From contig CAJKPX010000005.1 of the NCBI GenBank assembly GCA_905201895.1, positions 13,504 through 77,503 of the forward strand: a stretch of 64,000 bases of DNA. Reading direction: 5' to 3'. Position numbers and translations under genes: made by a program. Below the pieces are notes generated by a model, which did no database searches, was not told where the DNA came from, and was given only the letters and a program-made list of their open reading frames with translations. This DNA comes from an uncultured Eubacteriales bacterium. Its GTDB lineage: Bacteria > Bacillota > Clostridia > Oscillospirales > CAG-272. Below, in pieces: positions 28,501 to 37,233 of this stretch. Within the stretch, counting starts at the first letter, position 1. Every line of letters starts with the position of its first letter.

Positions 28501-29337
28501 ATCAAGGAGTTCTTCCAAACCAGGCAGAACAACGAAACGATCGGCGTGATTGCCTTCAACGCATCGCAGCGCGATATGATCTACGACGTGATCGACGAGG
28601 AATCGCTCAAGGATCATGCGTTCGGTCTGCAGGTCCGCGCCGAAATGGGACGCAAGGACAACGGCGAGGATACGGGTCTGTTTATCAAGAACATCGAAAG
28701 CGTGCAGGGTGATGAGCGCGACGTGATCATGTTCTCGATCGGTTACGCAAAGAATACAAACGGCAGACTGATGCACAATTTCGGTTGGCTCAACCAAAAG
28801 GGCGGAGAGAACCGCCTCAACGTTGCGATCAGCCGCGCAAAGCAAAAGATCCACATCGTAACCTCCTTCCGCCCCGCCGAGCTGATGCTCGACGATGCGA
28901 AGAACGACGGTCCCCGCGTGCTCAAGCGCTACCTCGAATACGCCTTTGCGATCAGCAATGGCGACAAGGAGGAGGCAGAGCGTATTCTGCAATCCTTTGG
29001 CGAGACCTTTGGCATTGCACCTGCAGCTTACGAGACAGAATATGCGCAAAAGGTTGCGGATGCTCTGCGCGAAAAGGGCTACGAGATCGACACGCAGGTT
29101 GGTATCGGCGGATACCGCATCGACATTGCCGTGAAGAAGAACGGCGAATACGTGCTTGGAATCGAATGCGACGGAAAGCTTTACAGCACCCCCGCATCGG
29201 CGCGCGAAAGAGACTACCACCGCCAGAAATATCTGGAATCCCGCGGATGGAGAATCAAGCGCATCTGGAGCATGGATTGGTGGCGTGATCCCACCGCCGA
29301 AATCGAGAGAATCTGCACTCTGGTCGACAGCTTATAA
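25573..29337 (+). CDS. HRDC-DUF4011-SF1 (Upf1/DNA2-like) helicase with C-terminal DUF559/PD-(D/E)xK endonuclease-like domain
   Basis: ATG at 25573 follows GAAGGAGAG. Motifs seen: an HRDC-like N-terminus (IPGVGQAFVEHY), a DUF4011-like region (NRNNRMLF...YIGYPFV...RAPLCLFPV), Walker A GPPGTGKS, Walker B LIFDEASQ, helicase motifs (HYRS, SVQGDERD, NVAISRAK), and a C-terminal GYRIDIAV...GIECDGK...RIW. Confidence 0.85.
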   Translation: MEQNRQNSAELEEALLRLRQSLKDREKLKTGRTPQICSDESIREMIRLMPRKPSDFLSIPGVGQAFVEHYARDFLLLLAEFNGSEEAPVSNRSVEETLRELSKKLININRNNRMLFLPRLSPKNAVDLFDASGSYNPLDILFGEGSDPITVADVTSQDLPRTDPTRERYRNLVSLIRETVRDMRDKGQNDLYIGYPFVQGNLVNGEFGVRAPLCLFPVTLDRSTANVTVQADPTRDIIYNGTLILAHDKFNSITTPLPDCTVDELDPETFLQKLLDFYKDNDIRIEYDSDELKKFKEYPGDSFPHYARGTLKLVHNIVIGKFPAYSNAIQRDFDEILEKGLVNRLVSDLVSDYGATDFYSDNTNAELEINQPGKKLDISEHSLVYINALNSAQEAVLHAAETMNELVVEGPPGTGKSQTITSLITQFVNDGKTVLMVSEKKTALDVVYSRLGTLSRYAMMMDDAKNKNLFYSQLERLLYSTDANAPMQAPDLSALSTEIDTDVATLEIIADKLFTPGAFGVEPYRLYMESRRINLHNHEQIKTYKTIRGMMTPELLDLKYEEVAAIHKKFANGQLTDSLDHYQLTIERYPWFLQMKDTLSQYDLILFSDSIDELILKVDEWRNLPFLKRQTSKGRLSKEIQLATKDYFNKNTGAYTVRLIMEQPEAVKQSLKEFIAGYANLKPVVTSLTQSETIYLAALRKIHKICGGTVIEWNNELYNTILFEHIQRFEMENRTLLPQVAAFEKIITSIERAIGEKQALAKQRIAKVLADDVQYITASKRKGEINRAIESRRRASVSKFVRKFDFELFKAIKVWLMTPEAVSEVLPQQNDLFDLLIFDEASQLYVEKSIPSIIRAKKVVIAGDHKQLRPSSLGDGRFEMSEDLLDEDAEISAALEEESLLDLARFRYPDILLNTHYRSKYEELIDFSNYAFYKGRLFVAPNTDTPEKPPIEVHLVDNAVWQGRANRREAEQIVALIKEFFQTRQNNETIGVIAFNASQRDMIYDVIDEESLKDHAFGLQVRAEMGRKDNGEDTGLFIKNIESVQGDERDVIMFSIGYAKNTNGRLMHNFGWLNQKGGENRLNVAISRAKQKIHIVTSFRPAELMLDDAKNDGPRVLKRYLEYAFAISNGDKEEAERILQSFGETFGIAPAAYETEYAQKVADALREKGYEIDTQVGIGGYRIDIAVKKNGEYVLGIECDGKLYSTPASARERDYHRQKYLESRGWRIKRIWSMDWWRDPTAEIERICTLVDSL

Positions 29338-29356
29338 AAGTCAATCACCAATAAAA

Positions 29357-29399
29357 TAACAAGGGCGAGCCCAATGCATGGCATTGGACTCGCCCTTGT
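29357..29399. terminator. Bidirectional terminator between convergent genes
   Basis: aacaagggcgag.ccaatgc-atg-gcattgg.ctcgcccttgtt, a stem of about 19 bp. Confidence 0.7.
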
Positions 29400-29413
29400 T
29401 GATTGATTCTATT

Positions 29414-30328
29414 TCAATTGGCGTCATTGCTTTGCGAAAGGAGCAAATCACCGCTCACGGTTTCCACATCAAAGGAGGCTGTTCCCGATCCGCAAACGTA
29501 GCGTTCCCCTTGCTTTGTCACCGAAAAATCCGAGATAAATTGCCCACTCTCGGTTTCGTGCAAAAGCGCAAATGAGGAATCGGCAGGGATCAGGAGCTCC
29601 ACATCGCCACTCACCGATTCAATATCGAGTGCACTCGGACAAAAGGTGGAGCAGAACGTAAGATCACCGCTCACGAGCTCTGCATCTGCGCGCTCCACAC
29701 GACAATCGGAAACGCTGATATCCCCGCTCGTCGACTCCAGCTCGCAGCGCGTAAAGGCGGCGTTTTGGAGCGTGAGATTTCCCGAAACATTCTCATAAAC
29801 AAATGCATCCGCCGAAATATCGGTAACCGACACCTGTGAGGACACGGTTTTCACGTCGAGCAGCTCCAGCGATTCGAGCATGTGCTCGGGGATGCGGAGA
29901 ATCAGGGTCTTGTTGCGGTTCTCATGCCCGAAGCCGAGAAACCAGGAGGATTTGCGGTATTTGATCGAAAGTCTGCCGTTCTCATCCACGCGCCAACGCA
30001 ACCTTGCCGACTCGGGCAGCTCGGCATCGGCGCTCTCGGTGAGTGAGACGAAGGTGTCGCCGCACGCCACGATCTCGATTTTGCCGTCGACCCAATCGAG
30101 GTCGATCGCGGTGATGTCCCCATATGGGATGCTTCCCTCCCCCACCGTGTAGCCCGTTTCGTCATAACGGTAATCCTGCCAGCCGAACACCCGACCGCCG
30201 TCAATTCCGAGCAGCGGTGAGATCACGCCCCAGAGCACTGCCGCGATGACCAGGCAACCGATCACGATGAGTACAATTTTGATGATTTTCTTCACTGCCT
30301 GCGCCTGTGGTTGCTGCAATATTTGCAT
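29414..30328 (-). CDS. DUF4097-like beta-repeat protein with N-terminal TM anchor
   Basis: A TM helix followed by repeated xSGDIxL/VSGDLxF beta-strand units. Confidence 0.7.
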   Translation of the reverse strand: MQILQQPQAQAVKKIIKIVLIVIGCLVIAAVLWGVISPLLGIDGGRVFGWQDYRYDETGYTVGEGSIPYGDITAIDLDWVDGKIEIVACGDTFVSLTESADAELPESARLRWRVDENGRLSIKYRKSSWFLGFGHENRNKTLILRIPEHMLESLELLDVKTVSSQVSVTDISADAFVYENVSGNLTLQNAAFTRCELESTSGDISVSDCRVERADAELVSGDLTFCSTFCPSALDIESVSGDVELLIPADSSFALLHETESGQFISDFSVTKQGERYVCGSGTASFDVETVSGDLLLSQSNDAN

Positions 30329-30356
30329 GGTGATACCCTTCTTTCGTATAGAGCGG

Positions 30357-31553
30357 TCAAGAGAGACGTCCGAGCTTGTTTGCCGTAACCAGATTTTCTA
30401 CGGTATAGAGGATCAGAACGCGGTCGGCGCCGTACTCCCGTGCCAGCTCGGTGACGTTGGTGTAATCGCTTCTCGTTGAGGAAAGATTGAGAAGCACGAG
30501 ATTAAAATGCTGTGCGAGGAACGGAGCCGCGGCATTTGCAAAGCTATCCTTGAGGATGAGCAGCGTCGGGCGGTCCTCTCCGCCGCGCTTGGTAACCGTT
30601 ACCACGTCATGCGTTCCATCAAGAAAGATGGAATAATGGTCCTTTTTGGAGAGATAATCGAGGTTGTAAAGACCGCCCGCGAGCTCCTCGCCATCGGCAA
30701 TCACACAAAAATCCGATTCGTTTCCTGCATACCAAAGCTCCACCGAGTCGGGATGAACGAATTTCATGCCACCTGCCGACCATGCTGTGCCGTAAAAGCT
30801 CCGTGAAACGATTTGGCGGTCAAAATGCTCAATCGGCAGTATTTCGTCCTCCATCCCCCAGGAGCGCATCATTTCCACATAGCCGTAATAAGCGCCGAGC
30901 GTGGTCCAATGGTGATCGGTTTTGTAGTAGACGTATTCCCCCCGATCGTAGCACGCACGGAGCATCGGAACACTGTCGATCGCCTGCACCGACCGATCCA
31001 TTCCTCCGTAAATACGTGCAAGGAGTGCGTCGCTCTGCTCGGTTGGATAGGAAAAGGCAGAGGCGGCAACGTCAACGGTGCGCCCCGTGAGAAACACGGT
31101 GAGTGGAACGTCGAGACTGTTAGCGGCGCGATTGATGCCCGCGGTTGCCGCGTCAATCAGCAGAGGATCAAAGGCATCGAGCGAGACCGTGATCTCGCGA
31201 CCGTCTGCCGTTTTGATATCAAAGGTGCGTTTGGCAAGCTGACCGTTCTTTCCGAGCAGAATGCCATTGTTCTCTCCCTTTCCAAGCCCCAGCTCTGCCA
31301 GCCCTTTCCAGCCAACCAGATAATCGCGCATGGGAAACTGATCGGCATAGTAATCGTTCATATCATCACCAAGGCTACCATTGCAGAGCGAGTCAAAGGA
31401 GAAACGCGGAAGGGTGCGCAGGCTGCGGTTCTCCTGCTCGGAGAAGGCGCGGTCGGGTGTGAGAAGAAAGGCAATTGAGAAGCCGAAGATCAGAGTGAGA
31501 AACAAGATGACCGTGACAAGATTTGCTTTTGCTTTCATGGTCTTTCCTTTCAT
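30357..31553 (-). CDS. DHHW family protein (AlgX/AlgJ-like SGNH acyl-transfer partner)
   Basis: Signal/TM anchor and the literal YYKTDHHWTTLGAYYGY motif, immediately downstream of the MBOAT gene. Confidence 0.8.
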   Translation of the reverse strand: MKGKTMKAKANLVTVILFLTLIFGFSIAFLLTPDRAFSEQENRSLRTLPRFSFDSLCNGSLGDDMNDYYADQFPMRDYLVGWKGLAELGLGKGENNGILLGKNGQLAKRTFDIKTADGREITVSLDAFDPLLIDAATAGINRAANSLDVPLTVFLTGRTVDVAASAFSYPTEQSDALLARIYGGMDRSVQAIDSVPMLRACYDRGEYVYYKTDHHWTTLGAYYGYVEMMRSWGMEDEILPIEHFDRQIVSRSFYGTAWSAGGMKFVHPDSVELWYAGNESDFCVIADGEELAGGLYNLDYLSKKDHYSIFLDGTHDVVTVTKRGGEDRPTLLILKDSFANAAAPFLAQHFNLVLLNLSSTRSDYTNVTELAREYGADRVLILYTVENLVTANKLGRLS

Positions 31554-31580
31554 GATAGTTGGTACACGGTGCGATTCCCG

Positions 31581-32990
31581 TCAGAACTGCGTGTAAGCAA
31601 AGGGGCTGAAGGTGGAATCCACCAGATAGGCGGTGCAAAGCAGGAGCGCGGCGGCAGAGAGGATCGGAACAAGAATTGCGGTTCGCTCGCTCTTGGCTCG
31701 AAGCCACTCCCACAGCCGCTTCGGGAGCGGTGTTGCGCCTACCGCTGCAAGAAGAATCAGGGGGAGCATGCGCAGAAGCTGATAGGTGACGGTTGCACTC
31801 GTAAATCCTGCCGCCCCCACGCCAAAGAGCGCGCAAAAGCACGCCCAGCCTGCACCGAGGTCGGTGTAGGAGAAGATCAAAAAGCCGAGAGTGACGAGCA
31901 GCATGGTGTAAAGGTGTTGAAAAATGGCGGGGATACGTGCAAGCAGGCGCAAAAGAAACGCCTTTTCCAAAATCAGGATCACACAAAAATAGACGCCCCA
32001 GAGAATGAAATTCCAATTGGCTCCGTGCCAAAATCCCGTGAGGAACCAAACAACGGCAAGGTTGAGATATTGGCGTGCCCGTCCGCGTCTGTTACCGCCG
32101 AGCGGAATATAAACGTATTCGCGGAACCACGTGGAGAGCGAGATATGCCAGCGCCGCCAGAATTCGGTGATGCTTTTGGAGATATAGGGATAATTGAAGT
32201 TCTCAGCAAAGCGGAAGCCGAACATGCGACCAAGCCCGATCGCCATATCCGAATAGCCCGAAAAATCGTAATAAAGATGCAGGGTGAACAGAATGATGGT
32301 GAGCCATGCACCGAGCGTAGTGCCCGAAAACTCTGCCATCCCCTTGTAGTATTCGTAGCCCGCCGCGAGCATGTCTCCCATCAAAATCTTTTTGGCAAGC
32401 CCCACGCAGAAACGCGAAACGCCCTCGGCAAAGCCGTCCACACTCTCCCGTCGCTCGCCGAGCTGCGTGTCAATGTCCCGGTAGCGCACGATGGGACCCG
32501 CAACGAGCTGTGGAAAGAGCGTGACGTAGGTGCCGAAGGAAACGTAATTTTTTTGCAGGGTGCAATCGCGTCGGTAGAGATCAATGGTGTAGGACATGAT
32601 CTGAAAGGTATAGAATGAAATGCCGATCGGGAGCGCAAGCCCCTCGATCACGGGCACCGACACGTATGGGATGCGCGAAAGATTTTCAGCAAAGAAATTG
32701 TAATATTTGAAAAACAGAAGTGCGGCAAGGTTGACGGAGAGCGAGGCGATCATTGCCCATTTTGCGCGTTTCGGGTCACGCTCGCGGTAGCGCTCGATCA
32801 AAAAGCCAAAGAGATAGGCAGAGGTGATCGAGAACACCATCAAAATGATATAGATCGGCTCCTCCCAGCCGTAAAACAGCAGACTCACGGCAAAGAGCAC
32901 GGGGTTTCGCCAACGCCGCGGCACCGCATAGTAGGTCAGCAGCACCAGGGGCAGATAGGCAAACAAAAAAATCAAAGACGAAAATACCAT
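31581..32990 (-). CDS. MBOAT family O-acyltransferase (AlgI/DltB-like)
   Basis: Polytopic protein with MBOAT motifs (FWRRWHISLSTWFREYVYIPLGGNR, FLTGFWHGANW). Confidence 0.9.
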   Translation of the reverse strand: MVFSSLIFLFAYLPLVLLTYYAVPRRWRNPVLFAVSLLFYGWEEPIYIILMVFSITSAYLFGFLIERYRERDPKRAKWAMIASLSVNLAALLFFKYYNFFAENLSRIPYVSVPVIEGLALPIGISFYTFQIMSYTIDLYRRDCTLQKNYVSFGTYVTLFPQLVAGPIVRYRDIDTQLGERRESVDGFAEGVSRFCVGLAKKILMGDMLAAGYEYYKGMAEFSGTTLGAWLTIILFTLHLYYDFSGYSDMAIGLGRMFGFRFAENFNYPYISKSITEFWRRWHISLSTWFREYVYIPLGGNRRGRARQYLNLAVVWFLTGFWHGANWNFILWGVYFCVILILEKAFLLRLLARIPAIFQHLYTMLLVTLGFLIFSYTDLGAGWACFCALFGVGAAGFTSATVTYQLLRMLPLILLAAVGATPLPKRLWEWLRAKSERTAILVPILSAAALLLCTAYLVDSTFSPFAYTQF

Positions 32991-33046
32991 ATCCGATTCC
33001 TTTAACTGAAATTCCGCAGAGCACGCGGATCAATCTATCTTATTCT

Positions 33047-33075
33047 ATTATACAGTATCTGCAATTTTTTGTCAA
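33047..33075 (-). promoter_or_regulatory. SigA-type promoter of the MBOAT-DHHW-DUF4097 operon
   Basis: TTGACA, 17-nt spacer, TATAAT; an exact consensus. Confidence 0.65.
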
Positions 33076-33158
33076 GAATTCCACGCAAACAAAAAAACGT
33101 TTTAGAACCCTTTGTCGAATTATGGAATAGTCTGTTAACAGGATTGGAGGGGACGTTG

Positions 33159-33464
33159 ATGAAGACCGACGTAAGACTTGATCAGTTGCGATGCGGAGAG
33201 AGCGCCACTGTGCGTGCGCTTGGCTGCTCGGGAGCGATCCGCCGACGCTTGGGCGATATCGGACTCATCCCGGGAGCGAGAGTTCGGTGCATTGGCAGGA
33301 GTCCCTTTGGAGACCCCTCGGCATACGAGATCTGCGGTGCGGTGATCGCCATTCGAGCCGCAGATGCGCGTGAAATTCGGATTGATCTGACAGAATGGGA
33401 GGCAAATTCCGATGGGCTTGACAAACACATCCACGGGAACGGGCGCGATCAATCGCTCCCTTGA
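33159..33464 (+). CDS. feoA: Ferrous iron transport protein FeoA
   Basis: ATG at 33159 follows GGAGGGG. The protein has an SH3-like FeoA motif (LRCGESATVRAL...RLGDIGLIPGARV) and the gene overlaps feoB. Confidence 0.85.
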   Translation: MKTDVRLDQLRCGESATVRALGCSGAIRRRLGDIGLIPGARVRCIGRSPFGDPSAYEICGAVIAIRAADAREIRIDLTEWEANSDGLDKHIHGNGRDQSLP

Positions 33465-35565
33465 CCTGCAACGCAAGGATGAAAAAGGGGCGGTTGTTGC
33501 GCTTGCAGGCAACCCGAACGTTGGAAAAAGCACGGTTTTCAACGCACTCACGGGAATGCATCAGCACACAGGAAATTGGCCCGGAAAAACGGTTGCCTGC
33601 GCCTGTGGCCGCTGCAAGAGCAAGGTCTCGGAATACCTACTCGTTGATGTTCCGGGGGCGTATTCCCTACTCGCACACTCTGCCGAGGAGGAGGTTGCGC
33701 GGAATTTTATCTGCTTCGGTGAGCCCGATGCTACCGTGATCGTTTGCGACGCAACCTGTCTCTCGCGTAATCTCACTCTTGTTTTGCAAATTTTGGAGTG
33801 TACGTCACGCGTAATTGTTTGCGTCAATCTCCTCGACGAAGCGGCGCGCAAGGGGATCACGGTTGACCTTGCAGCACTGGAGGAGCGTCTGGGCGTACCG
33901 GTGGTTGGCGTGGTTGCGCGAAGAAAAAGAAGTCTTGCATCACTACTCAACCGACTTGATGAAATGACACATCCGGAGCATAACGGTATGTGTCGCAAGC
34001 TTCTTTCCTATTGCGATGGCGTGGAGGTGGCAATCGGGCACGTGGAGCACGTTCTTGAAGGGCGCACGCTTGGTCGGCTTGATCCGCGATGGGTGAGCGT
34101 GATGCTGCTCGATGGCGACGAGAGCCTGATCACCGATATCAACCGCTATCTCGGGGTCGAGTCTAACGCGGATACCGAGCTGATGCAGGCACTCAACGAG
34201 GCGCGCGAAGGACTAAACAAGCTCGGAATGGATCAATCCACTCTCCGCGATGAGCTGGCGAGTGCCGCCGTTCGCGAGGCGGAGGTGATCTGTCGGGACA
34301 TTGTGCACCGAAAAACAAACGATCCTCACGCATGGGATCGCAGGCTTGATCGCGTTCTCACGGGGCGTAAAACCGCAATTCCGATCATGCTCCTGCTTCT
34401 CATGAGCATCTTTTGGCTCACGATCTACGGCGCCAATTACCCTTCACAATGGCTTGCAAGCGGCTTTGCGTGGATCAGCACGGGCGTACGAGCAATCATG
34501 CTTGAGCTTGACGCACCACCGTGGCTTTGCGGTCTGCTTGTGGACGGCATTCTCGGCGTGCTCTTTCGTGTGGTTTCGGTGATGCTCCCACCGATGGCGA
34601 TCTTCTTTCCGCTTTTCACTCTCCTGGAGGACGCGGGGTATCTGCCGCGCGTTGCCTACAATCTCGACCGCCCCTTTGCACGCTGCAATGCCTGCGGCAA
34701 GCAATCGCTCTGCATGTGCATGGGCTTTGGATGCAATGCGGCAGGGGGGGTGGGATGTCGCATCATCGATTCACCGCGCGAGCGGCTGCTGGCGATTCTT
34801 TCCAACAGCTTTGTGCCATGCAACGGGCGTTTTCCGACGCTCATCGCCATTTTCACCATGTTTTTCGTCGGCTTTTCGGGGAGCCTCGGCGCGTCACTCC
34901 TCTCGGCTCTGCTGCTCACGCTGCTCATTCTGCTCGGCGTTGGGATGACCTTTGCCGTGACCAAGCTGCTCTCGGCCACGCTTCTGCGCGGGCTCCCGTC
35001 GGCATTCGTGCTGGAGCTGCCGCCCTACCGACGCCCTGAGGTGGGGCGCATTCTCGTGCGCTCAATCTTTGACCGCACGCTATTCGTTCTGGGTCGGTCG
35101 GTGGCGGTCGCCGCACCCGCGGGGCTTGTGATCTGGTTGCTTGCAAACCTGAGCGTGGGAGAGGCATCCCTGCTCTCGCAGATCGCGGCGTTTCTGGACC
35201 CCGTTGCGGCGTGGTTCGGGCTCGACGGCGTGATCCTGCTTGCCTTTCTCCTCGGGCTCCCTGCCAACGAGATCGTGATCCCGATCGTGATCATGGCATA
35301 CACGGCAGGCGGTAGCCTTGTGGAGCTTGGTAGTCTCGCGGCAACCAAGGAGCTCCTGCTCGCCAACGGATGGACGCCGCTCACCGCGATCTGCACGCTG
35401 GTGTTCATGCTCTTTCATTGGCCCTGCTCCACCACGCTCATCACGGTCTACAAGGAAACCAAGAGTGCAAAATGGACGCTTCTTGCGGCAATTCTGCCAA
35501 CTGCCGTGGGGCTGCTGCTCTGCGGTCTGATCGCATCGGTGGCGAGGCTGATTGGAATATCATAA
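33412..35565 (+). CDS. feoB: Ferrous iron transporter FeoB
   Basis: G-domain GNPNVGKSTVFNALTG followed by a polytopic permease domain. Confidence 0.95.
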   Translation: MGLTNTSTGTGAINRSLDLQRKDEKGAVVALAGNPNVGKSTVFNALTGMHQHTGNWPGKTVACACGRCKSKVSEYLLVDVPGAYSLLAHSAEEEVARNFICFGEPDATVIVCDATCLSRNLTLVLQILECTSRVIVCVNLLDEAARKGITVDLAALEERLGVPVVGVVARRKRSLASLLNRLDEMTHPEHNGMCRKLLSYCDGVEVAIGHVEHVLEGRTLGRLDPRWVSVMLLDGDESLITDINRYLGVESNADTELMQALNEAREGLNKLGMDQSTLRDELASAAVREAEVICRDIVHRKTNDPHAWDRRLDRVLTGRKTAIPIMLLLLMSIFWLTIYGANYPSQWLASGFAWISTGVRAIMLELDAPPWLCGLLVDGILGVLFRVVSVMLPPMAIFFPLFTLLEDAGYLPRVAYNLDRPFARCNACGKQSLCMCMGFGCNAAGGVGCRIIDSPRERLLAILSNSFVPCNGRFPTLIAIFTMFFVGFSGSLGASLLSALLLTLLILLGVGMTFAVTKLLSATLLRGLPSAFVLELPPYRRPEVGRILVRSIFDRTLFVLGRSVAVAAPAGLVIWLLANLSVGEASLLSQIAAFLDPVAAWFGLDGVILLAFLLGLPANEIVIPIVIMAYTAGGSLVELGSLAATKELLLANGWTPLTAICTLVFMLFHWPCSTTLITVYKETKSAKWTLLAAILPTAVGLLLCGLIASVARLIGIS

Positions 35566-35603
35566 AAAAGAATGGGAGACAAACGGTTGCATTTGTCTCC
35601 CAT
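35563..35603. terminator. Hairpin between feoB and the convergent membrane-protein gene
   Basis: atgggagacaaa...tttgtctcccat. The T-run is present on the minus-strand side only. Confidence 0.55.
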
Positions 35604-35643
35604 CTTGGTATAGAATTATAGGACAAGGCAGTGATTTTGGTGC

Positions 35644-36006
35644 TTACAGCAACGGCTTGAACAGAAGCAGGAGCAGCACGTTGCCCACAAAAAACGCGAC
35701 GTTGATCAAAAAGCCCCACAAAAAGGTTTTGAATTTCGGGCGGATCCTGCCCTCCCGAACGAGGATCCGATAGTTGATGCAATAGGCAACGAACGAAATT
35801 GCAAGCATAAACATGGAAAAATATCCAACCTCAATGGCACGCAAATATGGTCCATTTCCTGAAATGCGGAACGCGATGGAGAGCAATTGCAGGATTGTAC
35901 AAACGCTCCCTGAAAGAGTAAAATCCAAATAGACGCTCTTGAGGGTGCGCTTAAAAAAGAGTCGTTTTCGCGGCTGTCTTGATCTTCTGCGCTCGCTCGG
36001 TTCCAT
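35644..36006 (-). CDS. Small membrane protein, unknown function
   Basis: GGAGAGGAGAG RBS. The protein has a basic N-terminus and three hydrophobic helices. Confidence 0.55.
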   Translation of the reverse strand: MEPSERRRSRQPRKRLFFKRTLKSVYLDFTLSGSVCTILQLLSIAFRISGNGPYLRAIEVGYFSMFMLAISFVAYCINYRILVREGRIRPKFKTFLWGFLINVAFFVGNVLLLLLFKPLL

Positions 36007-36051
36007 ATCTGCTCTCCTCTCCCGATATTTTTGGTGTGTCGTGCTTTCTAA

Positions 36052-36091
36052 AAACAGTATATCACATTTCTTTTATCATGTCAATCATCCG
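36052..36091. terminator. argF terminator
   Basis: agagucaucuc-aaac-gagauggcucu on the minus strand, including a G.U pair, with T-runs on both sides. Confidence 0.65.
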
Positions 36092-36220
36092 GTTTCAAAA
36101 AAAGTAGAAAATTCTTTTGTTTTAATTTGATTTTTACACTTTTGAAATTACAAAGCAAAAAGAGCCATCTCGTTTGAGATGACTCTTTTTTATACACAAT
36201 GCAAAATTGCCTGCCGAGGG

Positions 36221-37204
36221 TCAGAGCGTTGCCGCCATGACCGCCTTGATGGTGTGCATGCGGTTCTCCGCCTCGTCGAATACGATCGACTGCGACGATT
36301 CAAATACCTCGTTGGTGACCTCCATGCAATCAATGCCGAATTTCTCGTAAATCTCCTTGCCGATCTTGGTGTTCAGATCGTGGAAGGCAGGCAGACAGTG
36401 CATGAAGCGGCATTGCTCGCCCGCAAGGGTCATGAGCTCGGAGGTAACACGATAAGGCGTGAGTGCCTCGATGCGCTCCTTCCAAACGCTGTCGGGCTCG
36501 CCCATCGACACCCAAACGTCGGTGTAGATCACGTTGGCGTTCTGCACGGCTGCCTTGGGGTCCTCGCAAAGCTCGATCACAGCGCCCGTTTCCTTTGCAA
36601 TCTCGCGGCAGGTGGCAACGAGAGCGTCGTTCGGGAAATATGCGGCAGGTGCGCAGGCAACGAAATGCATGCCCATCTTGGCGCATCCAACCATGAGCGA
36701 GTTGCCCATGTTATAGCGTGCGTCGCCCATATAGACCAGCTTTTTGCCCTTAAGTTCGCCGAAATGCTCGCGAATCGTAAGGAAATCGGCAAGAATCTGC
36801 GTGGGGTGGAACTCGTTGGTGAGTCCGTTCCAAACCGGAACGCCTGCGTATGCGGCAAGCTCCTCCACGATCTCCTGACCGAAGCCGCGGTACTCAATGC
36901 CGTCATACATTCTGCCGAGCACGCGCGCGGTATCGGCAATGCTCTCCTTTTTGCCGATCTGCGAGCCCGTGGGGTCGAGATAGGTGGGATGCATGCCGAG
37001 GTCTGCCGCCGCTACCTCAAAGGCACAGCGGGTACGGGTGCTGGTCTTTTCAAAAATGAGCGCAATCGACTTGCCCTCGCAAAGACGGTGCGCAATGCCC
37101 GCCTTTTTCTTTTGTTTCAGGTCTGCCGCGAGATCGAGCAATGCGTTGATCTCTGCGGGTGTAAAATCAAGAAGCTTGAGAAAATGCTTTCCCTTCAAAT
37201 TCAT
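36221..37204 (-). CDS. argF: Ornithine carbamoyltransferase
   Basis: FEKTSTRTR and HCLP motifs. ATG at 37204 follows AAGGAGAA. Confidence 0.95.
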   Translation of the reverse strand: MNLKGKHFLKLLDFTPAEINALLDLAADLKQKKKAGIAHRLCEGKSIALIFEKTSTRTRCAFEVAAADLGMHPTYLDPTGSQIGKKESIADTARVLGRMYDGIEYRGFGQEIVEELAAYAGVPVWNGLTNEFHPTQILADFLTIREHFGELKGKKLVYMGDARYNMGNSLMVGCAKMGMHFVACAPAAYFPNDALVATCREIAKETGAVIELCEDPKAAVQNANVIYTDVWVSMGEPDSVWKERIEALTPYRVTSELMTLAGEQCRFMHCLPAFHDLNTKIGKEIYEKFGIDCMEVTNEVFESSQSIVFDEAENRMHTIKAVMAATL

Positions 37205-37233
37205 GGTATGTTCTCCTTTTCGGTCTGTTCGGT

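Noticed and set aside
33030-33158. A Fur box or promoter upstream of feoA.
   Set aside because: tcttattctattatac only loosely resembles the 7-1-7 Fur consensus, and it overlaps the clear divergent MBOAT promoter. I found no convincing plus-strand -35/-10 pair.
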